A DNA stretch of 64,000 bases from Orbicella franksi. Lineage: Eukaryota. The DNA lies in the NCBI GenBank assembly GCA_964199315.1, contig OZ116700.1, forward strand, positions 34,658,001 to 34,722,000. Direction: 5' to 3'. The notes beneath the pieces were generated by a model. It was not told the DNA's origin. It did not search any database and was given only the letters and a program-made list of their open reading frames with translations. The position numbers were made by a program, and so were the translations under genes. Shown piece by piece: positions 58,634-64,000 of the stretch; within the stretch, counting starts at the first letter, position 1; the number at the start of each line of letters is the position of its first letter.

Positions 58634-59701
58634 ATGGCATTTATGTATCCGACTTGCTGGAAACGCAGTATGAGGATCACTAACGTTCGTTATGGCCGCA
58701 TTGTATTCATGGCAGTGGCGACCATTTTGATCCTATTCATGTTCCTATTGGCACAATTCAGTCTTCGAGCTACTGGTGGAAAAGGGATTTTAGATCGAGC
58801 CAAGCAACATTTTCATCACTGGTTTCAGAAAACGGTGTTTAAACACAACTGGGAAGATATTCACTGTCGACGCAAACACGCTAATGAAACGACGGTAGAG
58901 GAAAGCTGGATTCCTGAATTGGCAAAACAGCTGAATTTGAATGATGAGACATCGGTGTTCGACAGCAACACTGGCTGTAATGAATGGTTAACTCTACTCA
59001 GAAAGAAATACCCGAAAATAGGTATTGGTGGTGCTCATGTCGATCAATACGCTGTGGAGTATGCAAAAAAACTATTCAATGACACGCCAAGTAGCTTTGG
59101 AACAATAAGCTCAGATGGAAAACTTCATTTCCTTGGAGACAAACCGAAATTCGCGCATGCCATCAACTATGGAGGGCTACGAGACTTGGGTGATAAAAAT
59201 GTACAATGCAATCTAGTCAGAGAGCTGCTACGTATTTTAATGCCAGGAGGCTCCTTGTATCTTGGTCATAATATCGAAGAAAAAGAATGTCGTGTACTTG
59301 ATAAATATGCTAATGTAGCTCTTCCAGGCTGTTATTGGTCAGAGACATGCCTGAAGAATAGAACTGACATTGCCGTGATTTATTATATTAAGGAAAAAGA
59401 TCTTTTTGGTGCCCATACACAAATTGACGAGTGCTATACTGCAGTTTTTATTCACAAGAAGGTGAGATTTTCAAGGGCAAAGGATGGACTTGAAGAGCTA
59501 CCACCCAAGTTTGAACCTCATGAAAAGATGTATTCTTGTGAAACAGATGCATCTGGCAACATCGGCAGCAAGTTAAAGGAAGTAGGCAAGCGTGTGTTAA
59601 ATACAAACCTAGTTTTTCCAGGTGGTTTGAGTAAGGGGATTGAACTAGCCAAGAAAATGCGTGAACTAAAGAAAGGAAATTTATCACACACTTTGTCTTA
59701 A
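58634..59701 (+). CDS. Type II membrane protein with class I SAM-dependent methyltransferase-like domain (355 aa, single coding exon)
   Basis: Basic N-tail, one TM (IVFMAVATILILFMFLLAQFSL), motif-I-like SVFDSNTGC, AVEYAKKLF, and ELLRILMPGGSLYLG (the L.PGG.L motif typical of class I MTases); N-glycosylation sequons NET, NDT, NRT. Confidence 0.75.
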   Translation: MAFMYPTCWKRSMRITNVRYGRIVFMAVATILILFMFLLAQFSLRATGGKGILDRAKQHFHHWFQKTVFKHNWEDIHCRRKHANETTVEESWIPELAKQLNLNDETSVFDSNTGCNEWLTLLRKKYPKIGIGGAHVDQYAVEYAKKLFNDTPSSFGTISSDGKLHFLGDKPKFAHAINYGGLRDLGDKNVQCNLVRELLRILMPGGSLYLGHNIEEKECRVLDKYANVALPGCYWSETCLKNRTDIAVIYYIKEKDLFGAHTQIDECYTAVFIHKKVRFSRAKDGLEELPPKFEPHEKMYSCETDASGNIGSKLKEVGKRVLNTNLVFPGGLSKGIELAKKMRELKKGNLSHTLS

Positions 59702-60577
59702 TGACAATATGGTACTTAGTTTATTTAACCAGTTTGCTGACAAGTGACCTACTCAAAGACAAAGTGTGAAAACTTACAGCCAAAGGAAAACTGATATGAC
59801 TGCTTGTTAGCTTATGTACATGTGGTTTAGTTACACTAGTAACCGCTTATTTTCTTATGTTTTACAAGTAAGTAAGAACTAGGTAAGAACCTTTGAAGTT
59901 TCATGTTCAAGTGTTTTTTGCACTTATTGAAGACACTGACTACAAATGTTAATGTAAATTGATGTTAAGGGAAAATTACAAGGAGCCCAAAGGTTCCTAA
60001 CCATTAAATCCTGGGTGCCAAGCACTTAAGTTACTATGAGAAAAAGTAAATTTTTGCAGTCGCCCAAAGGCAAATATTAGTTGCCTGTGGAACCTGGCAC
60101 CTTCAGTGCACTGCCCTGTGATTTTCTTATATTTTTACTTTCTTAGACCAAGAAACTGTCTACTCTTCCACTTTTCTGGGTTTTTTTTCTCAACTTTATT
60201 AGATTTGCCACTGAATTGCCAGCTTACCACTAAAATGATACCTTTGTTAAAAAAAAAGAAACATTATGGGAAAGAATTATATGGACGTGGGTGGTTTGGT
60301 TGGGCTTGTTATTCATTTACATTTAACTTTTTAACATTTGACCCACAGCACAGAATCCATTATTAATTAAACAATGCTCATACTTAACAAGATTGAAAAC
60401 AAGTCTTTTAAGACTTAAAATTCATAGACTATGATTAGTTGTACTCTAGAATAAGAATGTGAAATGCAGCTGCACATGGTCTGCTACAGGGTGCGTCTTT
60501 CCACGTTCCGATGGCACACCCCTACCTTATAACTTGTGTATTACCACTACCCTTCTAGATGCACAGGGCCCATTATA

Positions 60578-60909
60578 TATAAACAATAGCCTCTATTTGG
60601 CACAAAAATATGCTCAGATATTTGTCTGTGGACATTATCTGTTCTGAGAAGCAAACAGTTTTCCGTGGGCTTGACCAAAACTGTGAGCTCTTAAAAACGG
60701 ACAATGTCCAAGGACAAATATCCAAGCATATTTTCATGCTAAATGGCTGCTATTGTGTTTGTTATCCTTCAAATATTTTTCATGGTACGCATAGTTTTGG
60801 ATATTGGGGAATATCACTCAGATATTCCCTAGTGTTAGCTAGAGCATATTCAGTCACATGGCGCATTTAGATCAATCCAGTGCGAACTAAAATATTGGAT
60901 GGATTATAA
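60578..60909. repeat. Hairpin interspersed repeat family H2 (copy 2)
   Basis: Homologous to 25458-25718; inverted arms AATAGCC..ATTTGGC...AAAATATGCTCAGATATTTGTC / GACAAATATCCAAGCATATTTT...AAATGGCTGCTATT. Confidence 0.75.
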
Positions 60910-61137
60910 CTCCTGTTATTCCTCAGGCAGCAAGAGTTGTTTTCACCCTAACTCTTGCCCATAAGTGGTTTCTGGGTAACAGTCTCATTTGCAATGTTTG
61001 CATGGGAAGTTTGGGTGAAATAAGAATGCTGTGAATAAACTTGATTTATACTGTTGTTGCATTGTATTGTATTCTTAGTTGTTTGCTATGTAACAACTTC
61101 AAGATGTGCTGACAGACAGATCACACAAAGACGAATT

Positions 61138-61325
61138 TGGGGCAGATCTAGGGGTATTAGGTGGGTTCTAACACACTGACTAGGCCACAATGACAGAAAT
61201 CCCATTTACGGAAACTTCAATTTTTAAATTTTTTAGCGGAGGATGTCCCAGGACCCCCATACAGGGGACCGCCTTCGGCAGTCCATGTCTCAAACCAGCT
61301 TCCCAAAAGTCCTGTATCTGCCCCA
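61138..61325. mobile_element. hAT-type MITE, 188 bp
   Basis: TIRs TGGGGCAGATCTAGG / CCTGTATCTGCCCCA; exact 8-bp TSD GACGAATT (61130-61137, 61326-61333). Confidence 0.85.
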
Positions 61326-62117
61326 GACGAATTTTTCCCCATTCTATGTCTAAACAGGGACAGTTTATATCTGGATGAATCATCCCCCATCTAAGAGAGG
61401 TAAATAGTTGCAGATTAGCATACCCTCTAAATTTTACTTTGGACAATTCGTCTCTTGTCAGTGAATATGGGCACCTGAAAATAACTCATGTCTCATTGCT
61501 GACCATGACCATGTTCCACTGTAAACAAATCAAGAAATTCATAAATAAGTAAATCAGTCAATAATAACAAAAAACATGTGCACTTTAATCAGATGGGCCA
61601 TGATCAGTTCCTATATACTGTGAAATGACCAAAATGTTAGCTGATTACTTAGTGAACCCAGACCATCATGCTTGGGTTGCTATGGAACCCAGGCGGATGA
61701 GTCCGTCTTTCATAGGGCCGTTGCTTCCAAAATTTGAATTAACCAATCAGCATTCAGCAGGCTGAAGAGACTGTCCTGTCGACATCACATGTATTTTAAC
61801 AGGAAAAGCTTTGGAATCAGCCACTTTTTTCACTGGAGACTGCATTGAATATTCCCAAGAATTAGAGGATTTAAATTGACAGAAACCATCAGGTGACAGA
61901 TTCTAACAAATGAAAAATATAAAACAACCTTGCATTTAAACTGGGTGACGTGCACCCGGCAAGAAGCTCCCCAAATGTTGCCCGGGAGGATAATAGCCTG
62001 TGGGAGCCCCTTGAAAAGAACCTCTAAGAGATCCTGTTTTGAAGGCGTGGCTTGAAATTTTTTTTCACCCCCAAGTGCTACCAATATTCTAAAACATCAC
62101 ATTATCTCCTGTCATAT

Positions 62118-62349
62118 GTATGGATTATTGACCAAGTGTGAGGTGAAGATGGCTGGATATTGGCCAAGTTCTTTTTTTGCGTGTTTATGGACCGAGATGG
62201 AGTCGAGGTCCATGAATTCGCAAAAAAAGAACGAGGCCAATATCCAGCCATCTTGACTGAACAAGCTTGGTCAATAAAGGATTTATTATATGGCTTTCGG
62301 GGAAATTTTTCTTGCGGGACACGGTGAGTAGTCCCGAGTGGGCAAGATA

Positions 62350-62380
<31 letters not shown>

Positions 62381-62432
62381 CAGCGCAGGATTTGATTCAT
62401 CTTGCCTGCTCATGGAGCTAGTCATAAAATAA
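62118..62432. repeat. Hairpin interspersed repeat family H1 (copy 2), apparently inserted into another repeat spanning ~61975-62595
   Basis: Near-identical to 54048-54406 but without the internal duplication. That the flanks (ATTATCTCCTGTCATAT | CGGCTTAATACC) belong to one interrupted MITE ending in GGAGTCCCCCC is my recognition, not an alignment. Confidence 0.75.
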
Positions 62433-62618
62433 TATCGGCTTAATACCTTAAAGGGCATGGCAAAAACCCCCGCTGTGGATTGTTTGAGGTTGAACACCCC
62501 ACGAGGCACCAAAACCACTCTTTAACCTCTAAAAGGTACGAGGAGCACCCCCGTCACTTTAATATAGGAGTCCCCCCCCCCCCCCCCCCCACGGGGATAA
62601 TAGTTAAACACCTGTCCA

Positions 62619-62775
62619 TGGTACACCAGAGGGGAAGAGACTACGGAGAAGGGCAGGAGTAACTTGGAGATGGTCGGACCTGGAATGAAATTTGAAACTG
62701 GCACAAGACCGCTCTCGCTGGAGCCTGGAGAGAAACTGTGAAAGCCTTATATGTCCCATGGCGCGACAACGATTT
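62619..62775 (+). mobile_element. Degenerate RTE-clade LINE 3' end
   Basis: Frameshifted peptides TPEGKR..., KLAQDRSRW and ETVKALYVPW resemble the RTE ORF C-terminus (WTPEGKR.RGRP...LAQDR..WR..V.AL). Confidence 0.5.
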
Positions 62776-64000
62776 CTTGGCGTCGATTGATGGTGGACAA
62801 AAGAAATTAAACCTAGAATTCTGTTGTTAACTACTGGATCAGAAGAGGTCAAAGCCCACGTAAATTCATTGGTATTGTCTTTATATAATTTTGGAAAAGG
62901 CTTTTATGATCCTTTATCGGTGATGCCGCTCGAGCTTAGTGCAATGCAACCCACGTGATGTGCCTTAACCGACAAAAACTGGGTCGAGACGTAGTCCCGC
63001 TGTTTTCCGACCGTTTCCCGCCATTTTTATCGGGCTTCCGAGAACGGAGTTTAGGATCGGCAGCTCTCGTCTTTGTTTTTCATTGGATCCGCAACAAACT
63101 ACACTGACAGTGACGAAAATACTCTTAGTTGAAAAATCCGTTAGCTGTTGTAACTGTATTAGTGGTGGGTTTATCGCATTTTAAATCCTGGTTTGTTCCG
63201 TTTCCGTTCGGAATTGTCGCTAACAGGATTGTTATCAAGGTATTGAAGTCTGAGGTAAGTTATGTCTGAAGAGTTCATGATAGCATCTTAGCCTACATTC
63301 GACTGAAGAATTACGTGTTGGCCATTCATAGCCAGCTCATGGTGGTGTTTTGATGAGAGTAAACTCTTTAGAAGCCATTGAACTTTTCAAGACGTCCCTA
63401 ACGATATTTCATGGTCGATTGTTCGAGAACAGATCTAAATAGAGATCAACATAATGATTTGTATCAAGCACGCTTTGATGTATTGACGATGTAGTTTATA
63501 TAAGCTTACGCTTAAATTATTACAACGTAATCAAACACAAACTACGTATTGGCTTCCTAAGCTTTCTTGTACAATCCTACCCATTTGTAATTAATAGGAC
63601 GTATAGTACAGTTTGTTGTGATAGAAGTGAGAGGGTGTTAATTAAAATGCACAGCTTGTGAAGCTTGTACATGTACAAATGATATGAACAGTGTCAGGTG
63701 TTGAGATTTAAGCTTACAGTTGTTTTCTTCCTAAATTATTTGCCCTTTGAGGTGACTTATTGTACAAGCTTTAGATAATCAGCTGGTGTACACTGGAGTG
63801 TTTGGCACGGCTTTTTGTAGGATTTTAATCTTTAAAAACCCTCAGAAGCATAACTTTGGACTTGTTGTGGACTCGTTAGGCAGGCCATTCCATCATACAT
63901 TTATGTCAACTGGTGCTTTTTCAGTCGGTGTAATTCACCATCATCAAATCATATCAATGACAGAAATTATTTTGTGATTGTTTCACCTCAGGTGTTTTAT

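Noticed and set aside
62880-63260. CpG-rich block with AAAATGGCG on minus and a donor GAG|GTAAGT at ~63254 on plus
   Set aside because: All frames close within ~40 codons. It may be a promoter or non-coding first exon of a gene beyond the window, but no product can be supported.
1-64000. CRISPR arrays, rRNA genes, prokaryotic operons
   Set aside because: None seen; the window is spliceosomal-intron-containing eukaryotic DNA with no regularly spaced repeat-spacer array.

Overview
Eukaryotic, intron-rich, AT-rich genomic DNA, most likely from a stony coral or close cnidarian (inferred from the gene families and repeats, not proven). Seven protein-coding loci are supported: (1) the 3' ~21 exons of rootletin/CROCC (+, 469-14469; 5' end lies outside the window; 168-N gap inside one exon); (2) a HEPN(DZIP3-like)-NACHT-LRR immune receptor (-, 20727-16357); (3) a small secreted WAP + short VWC-like + acidic Ser-Gly repeat protein (-, 30299-24178); (4) a complete 19-exon mitofusin (-, 50562-40208); (5) a single-exon coiled-coil orphan (-, 52578-51460); (6) a secreted PAN/Apple-domain gene broken by a frameshift (+, 55445-56641); (7) a type II membrane class I methyltransferase-like gene (+, 58634-59701). 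Introns and intergenic DNA carry tRNA-derived SINEs, many MITEs, a 1.5-kb TTAA-flanked Kolobok-like element, LINE and RTE remnants, and a Penelope-like fragment containing an intact minimal hammerhead ribozyme motif. Exon coordinates were derived by hand from GT/AG sites and frame continuity. Repeat boundaries are approximate unless TIRs or TSDs are given. Family assignments rest on recalled motifs, not database searches.
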